Positions 21,032 through 29,743 of a stretch of 64,000 bases of DNA are shown here, piece after piece. A model generated the notes under the pieces. It worked only from the letters and a program-made list of their open reading frames with translations, did not search any database and was not told where the DNA came from. The stretch's first letter is position 1; every line of letters begins with the position of its first letter. The DNA is taken from assembly GCA_965223325.1 (NCBI GenBank), contig CBDCWI010000002.1:3520001-3584000 (forward strand), given 5' to 3'. Position numbers and translations under genes: made by a program. Source of the stretch: Candidatus Multivoradales bacterium. GTDB lineage: Bacteria; Acidobacteriota; Thermoanaerobaculia; Multivoradales; Multivoraceae.

Positions 21032-21625
21032 TCAGGCGGATTGCGGCAGCCACTGGCCGAGTTGAGAGCGCAGAGCCTGGCGGGCCCGTGAGAGGCGCAT
21101 CTTGACCGCCGACTCGCCGATCTCGAGAGCATCGGCTGTTTCTCGGGTGCTCAGTCCCTCGACGTCGCGCAGAAGGAACGTGATGCGCTCTTCGCGAGAA
21201 AGAGTCCGCGTGGCCCGCGCCAGCTGGCGGCGGAACTCGGCTCGCTCGGCCGCATCGCGTGGCAGGTCGCCCCATGCCGGCGAGCGGTCGAGCTGAACCC
21301 CGAGCCAGTCGCGATCGGAGAGCTCCTCGAGCTGAACCTCGGGCCCCGGCGGGTTTTGACGTCTGGTCATCAGGCACTGATTCGCCACGACGCGAAACAG
21401 CCAAGCGCGGATCGCCCGCGGGTCGCGCAGTTGCGACAGTCCCTGAAAGACACGCAGCAGGGTCTCCTGGTAGACGTCTTCGGCGTCGGCATTCGGGCCG
21501 CACTGCCGGCGCCCGAAGCCGCGAATCATCGCGCCATAGCGGTCGACGAACGCGTCGAAAGCACCGGCCTCCTGGCGCTGGACGGCCTCGAGCAGGCGTG
21601 CGTCGTGGTGAGCTCGAGAGGGCAT
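21032..21625 (-). CDS. ECF-family RNA polymerase sigma factor
   Basis: DAEDVYQET and WLFRVVANQC (region 2); LRDVEGLSTRETADAL..VKMRLSRAR (region 4). Confidence 0.92.
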   Translation of the reverse strand: MPSRAHHDARLLEAVQRQEAGAFDAFVDRYGAMIRGFGRRQCGPNADAEDVYQETLLRVFQGLSQLRDPRAIRAWLFRVVANQCLMTRRQNPPGPEVQLEELSDRDWLGVQLDRSPAWGDLPRDAAERAEFRRQLARATRTLSREERITFLLRDVEGLSTRETADALEIGESAVKMRLSRARQALRSQLGQWLPQSA

Positions 21626-21688
21626 GATCCATTATGTGCCAGTGCCGCAGTCGCCGTCTGGCCCCGACCGCCGGGCCCCGGCCGCTAG

Positions 21689-21856
21689 AGCAACCACACG
21701 ATCTCACGGCATGGGGAAGAGCGCCTCGAGCAGGTCTCCCTCGCTCATCAACTCAATCTCACCAACTACGTGCCGAGCCCGCAGCTTGCGTTGGTGTTCG
21801 CGCAGGTCTTCGAAACCCCGACCGACGCAATCTTTGAACTGGAGACGAAGACGTGA
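21689..21856 (+). pseudogene. Degraded XRE/Cro-family HTH regulator (no start codon, internal deletion)
   Basis: Frame reads SNHTISRHGEERLEQVSLAHQLNLT-NYVPSPQLALVFAQVFETPTDAIFELETKT*; it matches the XRE pattern but lacks the recognition-helix segment and has TAG immediately upstream. Confidence 0.55.
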
Positions 21857-22083
21857 GTTTCCTGAACCGCCTGGTTCGACGAGCGCTTCCTGGCCCATCG
21901 CCGACGCTCGACAGCGCTCGCCGGCCAAGCACCTTCTCGAACCGAACGCCCTGCTATCCCACCATTGGACTGATGGCATCAAGGGTTTTCTGTACGGCTT
22001 CGATCGCCCTGATGCTTTGTGGGGTCTGGAAGGGCGGTCGGGCGAGGCAGGTCGAGGGCCTGGTGCCCTCGCGCCCTCGCCCG

Positions 22084-24483
22084 TCAGTCGGAGCGCAGTG
22101 CGGCACTTGGGTCCGCGCGGGTCGCCCTGAGTGCGGGAGCAACAGAAGCCAGAAAGGCAACCGTGAGGAGCACCGCCGGCGTCACCAGAAAGGTCGCGGG
22201 ATCAAGCGCCTCGACGCCGTAGAGCAGGGAACCGAGAAAGCGGGTCAGAGCCAGGGCGCCGGCCAGCCCGATGAGGATTCCTGCCAGCGTCAGCGCCAGG
22301 CCCTGTCCTACTACCAGGCGCAAGATGTCGCGCCTCTCGGCGCCGAGCGCGCTCCGAATGCCGAATTCACGGCTTCGGCAGCTGACCGAGTAGCGCAAGA
22401 CACCGTAGAGACCCATCGCGGCGAGGAGGAGCGCGCCGAGGCCCAGGCCCCCCACTCCGCCGATTCCCATCATCCATGGCCCGAGCCATGTCGCGATCAC
22501 CTGGTTCATGCCGCGCACGTTCTCGAGCGGTAGGTTCGGGTCGATCGACGTGATGGCTGCCTTGATGGCCGGCCACGAGCTGGTTGGGCTGCTGGCAGTG
22601 CGCGCGACGACGAAACGGCGGCCGGTCGACGACTGGCGCTGCGGATAGAACACCATCATGCCCGGCTCCTCGTCGAGCTCGAAGTAGCGAGCAGATTCGA
22701 CCACTCCGACCACTTCGCGGCGCGTACCGCGGATCTCGATCTGTTGGCCGAGTGCACCCTGCTCCGGCCAGAGCCGCGTCTCCATGTCGTGGTTGACGAT
22801 CACCACCGGCGGACTGTCGGGGCCGTCGAACTGGTTGAAGGAGCGCCCGGAAAGGAGTGCAGTTCCGGCGACCTCGAACCAGTCACCGCTGATCCACATA
22901 CTGCTGGCGAAGAGCTGCTCGTCGGCGGGTTGGCCAGGCACCGAGAAGCCCGTACCGGGCCGCTCGTGGTTGAGCGGCAAGGGGTAGATCGACGCCACCG
23001 CTTCTACACTCGGGACATTTCGGATGCGTTCCGTGGCCGCTTCAAAGTACTGCCTTTCCTGCGCGTCGTCGGGGTAGCTCGACTTCGGAAGTTTCACTTC
23101 GAATGTCAGGAGCCGGGCGGGCTCGAAGCCAAGATCGACGCTGCGCAACGTTTGCAATGTCTTGACCATCAGCCCAGCACCGACCACCAGGAGCACCGCT
23201 AGCGACACCTGCGCAACGACGAAGGTGTTGCGCAGCCGCCGACTTCGCTGCGCGTCACTGTTTCCCGAACCGCCGCTGCGGACTGCCTCGGCAAGTTGAA
23301 CGGCGGTCGTCGAAAAGGCCGGGACGAGGCCGAAAACGGCGACACACGAGAGTGAAACCAGGAGCGTAAAGCCAAGGGTGGCGAGGTCGACGTCGACCTG
23401 CCCTACCCGATAGAGCTCGCCGGGCAATGCGCGGTCGAGAACCTGACAGGCCCAGGTTGCGACCACCACGCCGAGGGCTCCACCGACGACCGCCAACAGA
23501 GCGTTCTCGGTCAGTAGCTGGCGCACCAGGCGCTTGCGGGGTGCTCCCAGGGTCAGCCGGAAGGCGATCTCGCGCTCGCGGTCCTGTCCGCGGGCGAGAA
23601 GGAGATTGGCGAGGTTGGCGCAGACGATCAGAACGACAAAGGCGACCGCCAGGAGCAGAACGGGAAACACCACCGAGAAGATGTCCCAGGTAAAGAGTAG
23701 CTGCGAGCGCAGGTCAACGACGTTCGCACCGACCCGATCGTTGGTCGCTGCATGCTCGCGCTCGAGATCCTTCATCAACGAGTCCAACTCCGCCTGCCCG
23801 GTGCTTGGCGATTCGCCGTCTGCAAGGCGGCCCACGACTAGAAGCGGCCCATTCCTGTCTCGCTGGTCGCGGTAGGGCTCGAGTGACAGCGGAGTCCAGA
23901 GGTCCATCCGGTTGAATGGAAAAACGAAGCTCTCGGGCATCACACCGACGACGGTGTACGGCTTGTTGTCGAGCAGCAGTTGTTCGCCCACAATGTCACC
24001 TCGCCCGCCGAAACTGCGCCGCCAGAAGCCGTGACTGAGAAGCACGACCGCGTCATTCTCGCTGTCATCCTCATCGAACGCACGCCCGATCATCGGCGGC
24101 ACACCGAGCAGGTCGAGCAGGTTCGGCGTCAGCCAAGTGGCATCGAGGGTCTCGGCTTCGGCACCTCCGGTGCGCACGAAGGAACCGTAGAAGTAGCCGC
24201 CCATGTCCGAGAACGTTCGCGAGCTCCGGCGCAGATCTTCGTAGTTCGGTACCGACATGCGTGCCGCGTCGTAGTCGATCTTGCCGTCGGTCTGCCAGAT
24301 GTGAACCAGCCGGTCGGGATCCTCGAAGGGCATCGGGCGCAGCAGGAACGCGTTGACCAGGCTGAAGACCGCTGTGATCAGCCCGATGCCGAGCCCCAGG
24401 GTGACGATGCTCACCAGGGAAAAGGCCGGGCTGCGCCGAAGGATCCGCAGTCCGAACTTCAGGTCGTCGAAAAACCGTGTCAT
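22084..24483 (-). CDS. ADOP-type duplicated ABC permease (MacB/FtsX-like)
   Basis: DLKFGLRILRRSPAF..TLGLGIG, CANLANLLLAR..REREIA, VAQVSLAVLL, GLYGVL, RATRADP..ALR. Confidence 0.93.
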   Translation of the reverse strand: MTRFFDDLKFGLRILRRSPAFSLVSIVTLGLGIGLITAVFSLVNAFLLRPMPFEDPDRLVHIWQTDGKIDYDAARMSVPNYEDLRRSSRTFSDMGGYFYGSFVRTGGAEAETLDATWLTPNLLDLLGVPPMIGRAFDEDDSENDAVVLLSHGFWRRSFGGRGDIVGEQLLLDNKPYTVVGVMPESFVFPFNRMDLWTPLSLEPYRDQRDRNGPLLVVGRLADGESPSTGQAELDSLMKDLEREHAATNDRVGANVVDLRSQLLFTWDIFSVVFPVLLLAVAFVVLIVCANLANLLLARGQDREREIAFRLTLGAPRKRLVRQLLTENALLAVVGGALGVVVATWACQVLDRALPGELYRVGQVDVDLATLGFTLLVSLSCVAVFGLVPAFSTTAVQLAEAVRSGGSGNSDAQRSRRLRNTFVVAQVSLAVLLVVGAGLMVKTLQTLRSVDLGFEPARLLTFEVKLPKSSYPDDAQERQYFEAATERIRNVPSVEAVASIYPLPLNHERPGTGFSVPGQPADEQLFASSMWISGDWFEVAGTALLSGRSFNQFDGPDSPPVVIVNHDMETRLWPEQGALGQQIEIRGTRREVVGVVESARYFELDEEPGMMVFYPQRQSSTGRRFVVARTASSPTSSWPAIKAAITSIDPNLPLENVRGMNQVIATWLGPWMMGIGGVGGLGLGALLLAAMGLYGVLRYSVSCRSREFGIRSALGAERRDILRLVVGQGLALTLAGILIGLAGALALTRFLGSLLYGVEALDPATFLVTPAVLLTVAFLASVAPALRATRADPSAALRSD

Positions 24484-24744
24484 GGCTAAGTCCCCCCCGT
24501 CAGTGGGTGGTTCCTGGTCGACGGAATTGGAGTACGCAGCAGTCTTTGGGATAGACGCGAGATCAGCCCGACTGTTTCAGGGCTGGAGCAACCGAGGATG
24601 GCAGCGTGGATGTCGGGGCCTAAGGGGGCTACGGTATTCCCAGAGGCCCATCGGTGGCGCCAACGCGCTAACCTCTAGCGCTCCATCGCGAAGAACGGAA
24701 GAAACCGAACGGACCCTTTGTACCCTAGTGGAGTGCGATACCCA

Positions 24745-25287
24745 ATGACACCCAAACACCAGTACCCGCAACCCGCTTCCCTTAGAGACGGTCGTCTCGT
24801 GACCCTGCGCCCCTTTGAAGCGGACGACGCCGACGAACTGTTCGATTTTTTCCAGAGACTGCCGGAGGACACGCGCCGGTTCGCCTGGGACCGTGTCGAT
24901 CTCAAGGCGACCGCAGAGGGCTGGGCCACCAACATCGACTACGACAAGGTCTTTCCGCTTCTCGCGCTCGACGGGTCCCGCATCGTCGCCGACGCCACGC
25001 TCCATCGCCGCGAGTTCTCTCCGCTACGCCTCGTGGGTCGCATCAAGTGGTTGATCGACCCGGAGTACCGCAAAGACGGCCTGGGATCGATTCTGGTCAA
25101 CCGCTTGATCGACCATGGTCGGCAGCACGGGTTACGCCACCTCACCTGCATGCTGATTTCGGACCTCGAGGCCGATGCTGTCGAGACGTTGACCGAGCTC
25201 GGCTTCAGCAGCTACCAGATTCCTGGCTATGGTGCCGATCCCGATGGCGGCCAGCACGACATGACGAAGTTGGTCTACAAGTTGTAG
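24745..25287 (+). CDS. GNAT-family N-acetyltransferase
   Basis: LRDGRLVTLRP, IDPEYRKDGLGS acetyl-CoA motif A, LGF. Confidence 0.85.
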   Translation: MTPKHQYPQPASLRDGRLVTLRPFEADDADELFDFFQRLPEDTRRFAWDRVDLKATAEGWATNIDYDKVFPLLALDGSRIVADATLHRREFSPLRLVGRIKWLIDPEYRKDGLGSILVNRLIDHGRQHGLRHLTCMLISDLEADAVETLTELGFSSYQIPGYGADPDGGQHDMTKLVYKL

Positions 25288-25688
25288 CTGGCATCGTGGT
25301 TTTACGGCCTTTGGGTCGCGACGGGCGAGTGGAAGGCGGTTCAGTTGGGGGCCTGGGCTCCCTTTTTCGGCGCGCCGTTACCACGACGCCAGCTACCGAT
25401 CACACTTGCGGCGCAAGCGTAGCGTTGCCGTTGCCGTCATCCCAGGCGATCGCCCTGTCACGGCGCCCTGGACCTTCGATGGTCCGTCGCGCGCCGCGGA
25501 TTCCTGGCTTCGTTGAAACGAAGAGATGCGTGCTGTTTGATCTGAAGGCCGCTCGGGTGGCATCGTGGTTTTACGGCCTTTGGGTCGCGACGGGCGAGTG
25601 GAAGGCGGTTCAGTTGGGGGCCTGGGCTCGCCTTTTCGGCGCGCCGTTACCACGACGCCAGCGACCGATCACACTTGCGGCGCAAGCG
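25284..25688. repeat. Two 131-bp direct repeats (25289-25419, 25558-25688), each a GTAG-REP/REPIN-like inverted-repeat unit
   Basis: 3 mismatches between the copies; copy 1 is bounded by GTAGCTGGCATCGTGGT (25284) and its inverted copy ending at 25396. Confidence 0.85.
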
Positions 25689-25705
25689 GTCCGTGGCGCG
25701 ACGGG

Positions 25706-26731
25706 CTAGAACAGTCGGCCGCTCTCTCCGGGCCTTGCCGGGGGAGTGACCCCGAGGTGCTCCCACGCTCTTCGGGTGGCGACGCGGCCTCGTTGGGTGC
25801 GCTTCAGGAATCCCTCCTGAATCAAGTAGGGCTCGTAGAGGTCTTCGAGGGTGCCTTCGTCTTCTCCCACCGAGGCGGCGATGGCCTTCAACCCTGCGGG
25901 GCCGCCGTCGTAGTGCTCGATCAGGACCTTGAGCAGCTTGCGGTCGACTTCGTCGAAGCCGTTCTTGTCGACTTCCAGTTTGTCGAGAGCGCTACTGGCG
26001 GCGGCGGTGGTGATGACGCCGTCGCCTTCGACCTGTGCGAAGTCGCGCACTCGACGCAGCAATCGGTTGGCGATGCGCGGGGTGCCGCGACTACGGCGGG
26101 CGATCTCCTGGGCGCCGCCATTGTCGCATTGGATCTCGAGCAGGCGGGCAGAGCGCTCAACGATCGAGGCGAGGTGTTCGGGCGAGTAGAAGTCGAGACG
26201 GTGCACGATGCCGAAGCGGGCGCGCAGAGGCGGTGTGATCAAACCGGCGCGCGTGGTGGCGGCGACGAGGGTGAAGTGCGGCAGCGGCAGGCGCACCGTG
26301 CGGGCGGCGGGGCCCTGGCCGATCACCAGGTCGAGCTCGTAGTCCTCGAGTGCGGGGTAGAGGATCTCTTCGATGGTCGGGCCGAGGCGATGAATCTCGT
26401 CGATGAACAGGACTTCGCCGGCTTCGAGGTTGGTGAGAATCGCCGCCAGGTCACCGGCGCGTTCGAGGACCGGGCCTGAGGTCGACCGCAGTGGAGCCCC
26501 CATTTCGTTGGCGATGATGTGGGCGAGGGTGGTCTTGCCGAGACCGGGAGGGCCGAAGAGCAGCACGTGGTCGAGTGGTTCGTTGCGGTTGCGAGCCGCC
26601 TCGAGAAAAACCCGCATCTTGTCGGTGATGCCCTCCTGGCCGACGTAGTCATCGAGGGTCTTGGGGCGCAATGCGGGCTCGAAGTTGGTGTCGTCCGGGC
26701 TGGGCGCCGCCGTGAGGATGCCTTCTTTCAT
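25706..26731 (-). CDS. ruvB: Holliday junction branch migration helicase RuvB
   Basis: [57 protein letters not shown]. Confidence 0.98.
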   Translation of the reverse strand: MKEGILTAAPSPDDTNFEPALRPKTLDDYVGQEGITDKMRVFLEAARNRNEPLDHVLLFGPPGLGKTTLAHIIANEMGAPLRSTSGPVLERAGDLAAILTNLEAGEVLFIDEIHRLGPTIEEILYPALEDYELDLVIGQGPAARTVRLPLPHFTLVAATTRAGLITPPLRARFGIVHRLDFYSPEHLASIVERSARLLEIQCDNGGAQEIARRSRGTPRIANRLLRRVRDFAQVEGDGVITTAAASSALDKLEVDKNGFDEVDRKLLKVLIEHYDGGPAGLKAIAASVGEDEGTLEDLYEPYLIQEGFLKRTQRGRVATRRAWEHLGVTPPARPGESGRLF

Positions 26732-26819
26732 TGGCCTGGCGCCCCGCAGCCTGAGATCACGAAAGGCGGCTACGGGGGCTCGAGCGGCATCTTACTCCGC
26801 CGCAGTTGCGCCTGCCGGT

Positions 26820-27434
26820 CTAGGCCCGCGAGAGGCGCTTGAGGCTGCGGCGCAAGAGTTCCTGAAACGCTTGGCTCGGCTCTTCCTCCGAGGCGGCGGC
26901 AACTGCACGTTCGGCTTCTTTGGCGCGGTAGCCCAGGTTGAGAAGCGCTTCGATGACGTCGCGCTCGGCGCTCGAAGGCAGCTCTGGCGCGACACTCTCG
27001 GGGTCGGTTTCCATCAGCTCGCGCGCCTTGTCGCGCAGCTCGAGAATCATCCGCTCGGCGGTTTTCTTGCCGACCCCCGGGATGCGCGTGAGCTTGGCGA
27101 TATTCGAAGACGCGAGAGCCCCGAGTACTTCCTCGGGGGGCATGCCCGAGAGAATCACCTGCGCCAGGCGCGGGCCGATTCCCGAAACCGCGATCAGCTT
27201 CTCGAACAAGGCCTTTTCCTGCGCGCTGTCGAAACCGAAGAGTTCGAGCGCGTCATCGCGCACGTGGGTGTGGACGAGTAGAGAAACGTCATCGGGGGTG
27301 TCGGCGCGCCAAACGGCGTCGAGTTTGTAGAAGGTCGGCAGCGCGATGCGCACCGAGTAACCGACGCCGCCAACCTCGATGAGGGCGAGGTCGGGTCCAA
27401 GCGCTTTGACCCGGCCGCGTAACGATCCGATCAT
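26820..27434 (-). CDS. ruvA: Holliday junction DNA-binding protein RuvA
   Basis: MIGSLRG, GGVGY, VRDDALELFGF, VSGIGPRLA, IPGVGKKTAER. Confidence 0.97.
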   Translation of the reverse strand: MIGSLRGRVKALGPDLALIEVGGVGYSVRIALPTFYKLDAVWRADTPDDVSLLVHTHVRDDALELFGFDSAQEKALFEKLIAVSGIGPRLAQVILSGMPPEEVLGALASSNIAKLTRIPGVGKKTAERMILELRDKARELMETDPESVAPELPSSAERDVIEALLNLGYRAKEAERAVAAASEEEPSQAFQELLRRSLKRLSRA

Positions 27435-27465
27435 CGCCTCTCGAGGGCGCGCTCGAGCACTTTGG

Positions 27466-29436
27466 TCAGCTGCCGGCCGCCTGCGGGTCGATGTCGAAGG
27501 ATTCGAGAAACGCAGGACTGTAGGTCACGCCCAGCTCGTCGCGTCGCTCACGGATGACCGACTCGAGAATCTGTTGGGCGCGCTGCCCTTCGAGTTGCAG
27601 GCGAGTCTGTTCTTTCTCGGTGGCGAACTTGATGACATCGAACTTCTCGCGCTCGGTGACTTCGAAGATGACCGCTCCGCCCGTCGTTTTGAATGGCCCA
27701 CCCACATCGCCTACCTCGGCTGCCAGGGCAGCCTGGGCGATCTCGGGTGCGCTTCCCAGGCCGGTGATCGCGCCGTTGGACGTAAACAGGCCAGACTCGG
27801 TCGCCGACAGGCCAAGGGATTCTGCAATCTCGTCGACGGTGCTCTCGGCCGCTCGCAAGGACGCGGCGTACTCTCTGAGCCGCTCGAGGGCGAGCTCTTC
27901 TTGTTTGCTGGCGAGAACCTCGGCCCTCACCTCGTCTCGCACTTCATCAACCTCGGGAACGCGCGGCGCGAGCACTTCGAGGGTGACGGGAAGTGCCCAG
28001 CCAGTCGCGATCTGAACGGGCTCGCCAAGCGTGCCCACCTCGTTGGCGAACACTGCTTCTGCGAACGGGGTGCCGCGCCCGATCGACGGAATGTTGTCGC
28101 TCTTAGCGAACGGTTCGGGACTCTCGTAGCCGACTCCCATGCCCTGCGCAGTCTCACCGACGGCCGCACCGTTGGCGAACTCCTGCCCTTCGAGCTCGGC
28201 GTAGATCTCTCTGGCACGCTCTTCGGCCCGCGCTCGCGCCTGGGAGTTCTTGAGGTTGACGCGGATGCGGTTCATCACCGCGCCTTCGAAGGGCTGCAGG
28301 CCGCCGGGGTCTTTCGCCATGACCTGAACGAGGTGCATGACCTCGCGGGTACCGAGGGTGGTTGCGTAGGGACCCACGAGGTCGCCCGCTTCGGCTGCGA
28401 ACACCGGTTCCTCGAACGCTGGGGTGTAGCTGCCGGCGGTGAATGGGCCGAGGTCACCGCCACGTACCTTGGTCACCTGGTCTTCGGAGTACTCACTGGC
28501 GAGCGCGCCGAAATCTTCGCCCGCCTCGATACGCCCGCGCAGTTCCTCGAGAAGTGCTCGCGCCTCGTCGGGCGTACGGTCCTCATCGGTAAACAGCAGA
28601 ATCTGGCGCGCCGTGGCCTGGGCCGGACGGGTGAACTGCTCAGGATTGGCGTCGTACTCGGCGCGCAGCTCGTCGTCGGTCGGTTCGATTTCGGCACGAA
28701 TCTGATTGACGTTGACCGAGAGATAGCCGGCGCGTCGCTGTTCGGGACGGCGATAGTTCTCGCGTCGCTCGGCATACCAGCTCTCGATTTCGGAGTCGGT
28801 GACGTCGATTTGTTCGTTCAGTGCGCTGCCCGAGAGCTGGACGAAGCGGATGTTGGCCTTCTCGGCGGTCTCGCGTGCCTGTCGCTCGACTTCCTCGTCG
28901 GAGACCCAGACCGAGTCGCCGATGACCGAACCCACCATCTGTAGGGTGAGCTGGCGACGGATGTCGGCTACCAGAGTCTCCTCGCTCAGCCCGTTGAGTT
29001 GCAGAATCCGCTTGTATTCGTCGACCCCTACGAAATTGCCATCGGCGTCCTGGAGCGCCGGCGTGGCGAAGATGGATTCCTTGATCGCTTCGTCTGAGGG
29101 CTGGATTCCGAGGCGCTCGGCTTCGGCAAGCAAGATGCGGTTGGTAATCAAGCCGTTCATGGCGCGGATCGGCAGTCCCATTTGCTGCGCGAGTTGGTCA
29201 TTCCAGGCCTCGCCATAGATCTGCCGCATCTGGTTTTCGTTGTTTCGGTATTCGGTACGGAACTCGGCAAAGGTGATCTTCTCGCCGCCGACTGTCGCGG
29301 CGGTCGACATCGGCCCGTTGGCCCCATCGCCCGCACTGCGACCGAACATCCCGAACTCGATTGCGATGAAGGCCAGGATGACCAGCCACAGCACCCAGTG
29401 GAACTGCTTCAGGTTTTCGCGAAAGGTTTTCAGCAT
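27466..29436 (-). CDS. ppiD: PpiD/SurA-like membrane-anchored parvulin peptidyl-prolyl isomerase
   Basis: MLKTFREN plus TM helix, SurA N-domain, rotamase GEDFGALASEYSED..GGDLG. Confidence 0.85.
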   Translation of the reverse strand: MLKTFRENLKQFHWVLWLVILAFIAIEFGMFGRSAGDGANGPMSTAATVGGEKITFAEFRTEYRNNENQMRQIYGEAWNDQLAQQMGLPIRAMNGLITNRILLAEAERLGIQPSDEAIKESIFATPALQDADGNFVGVDEYKRILQLNGLSEETLVADIRRQLTLQMVGSVIGDSVWVSDEEVERQARETAEKANIRFVQLSGSALNEQIDVTDSEIESWYAERRENYRRPEQRRAGYLSVNVNQIRAEIEPTDDELRAEYDANPEQFTRPAQATARQILLFTDEDRTPDEARALLEELRGRIEAGEDFGALASEYSEDQVTKVRGGDLGPFTAGSYTPAFEEPVFAAEAGDLVGPYATTLGTREVMHLVQVMAKDPGGLQPFEGAVMNRIRVNLKNSQARARAEERAREIYAELEGQEFANGAAVGETAQGMGVGYESPEPFAKSDNIPSIGRGTPFAEAVFANEVGTLGEPVQIATGWALPVTLEVLAPRVPEVDEVRDEVRAEVLASKQEELALERLREYAASLRAAESTVDEIAESLGLSATESGLFTSNGAITGLGSAPEIAQAALAAEVGDVGGPFKTTGGAVIFEVTEREKFDVIKFATEKEQTRLQLEGQRAQQILESVIRERRDELGVTYSPAFLESFDIDPQAAGS

Positions 29437-29576
29437 GGTCGAGAGCTCCGAGCTCTGAGGTTGATCGGCGAAGGCGATGGGCGGCGTCCACCTGGCGGGT
29501 GGTAGGCGGCAGGCTGATCGCGTCGCGAGAGAAACGGCGGTCGACGAGGCATCCTCGGGCCGCCCGGAAAGCACGG

Positions 29577-29585
29577 AATCTAGCA
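29577..29585 (-). promoter_or_regulatory. Candidate extended -10 promoter for ppiD-ruvA-ruvB
   Basis: Minus strand TG-C-TAGATT about 140 bp upstream of the chosen ATG. Confidence 0.4.
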
Positions 29586-29743
29586 CAGGGCAGGCCTTTG
29601 CGCCTGCACGGAGCGGTCGCCGGCAAACCCACGTTTTCCCAGATTTTATGGTATAACAGGGGGTCGGTCTCGGGCCGTCAACGGCCCACGATCGGGCCAC
29701 CTGCGCCCACCTCCCCCAACTCCACGGCGAGCTTCAACCCTTC

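Noticed and set aside
21704-21982. 92-aa minus-strand ORF
   Set aside because: The opposite strand shows XRE-like remnants, which explain the region better
25289-25688. Possible CRISPR array
   Set aside because: Only two 131-bp copies, far longer than CRISPR repeats; no cas genes in the window
26742-26777. Hairpin CCCCGCAGCC...GGCTACGGGG between ruvA and ruvB
   Set aside because: No U-tract and a single occurrence; cannot be distinguished from chance GC pairing
27379-28944. 521-aa plus-strand ORF, and similar long ORFs such as 11273-12715, 9356-10408, 30185-31231, 51811-52782 and 57818-58873
   Set aside because: Antisense shadows of well-supported genes in high-GC DNA; no recognisable motifs
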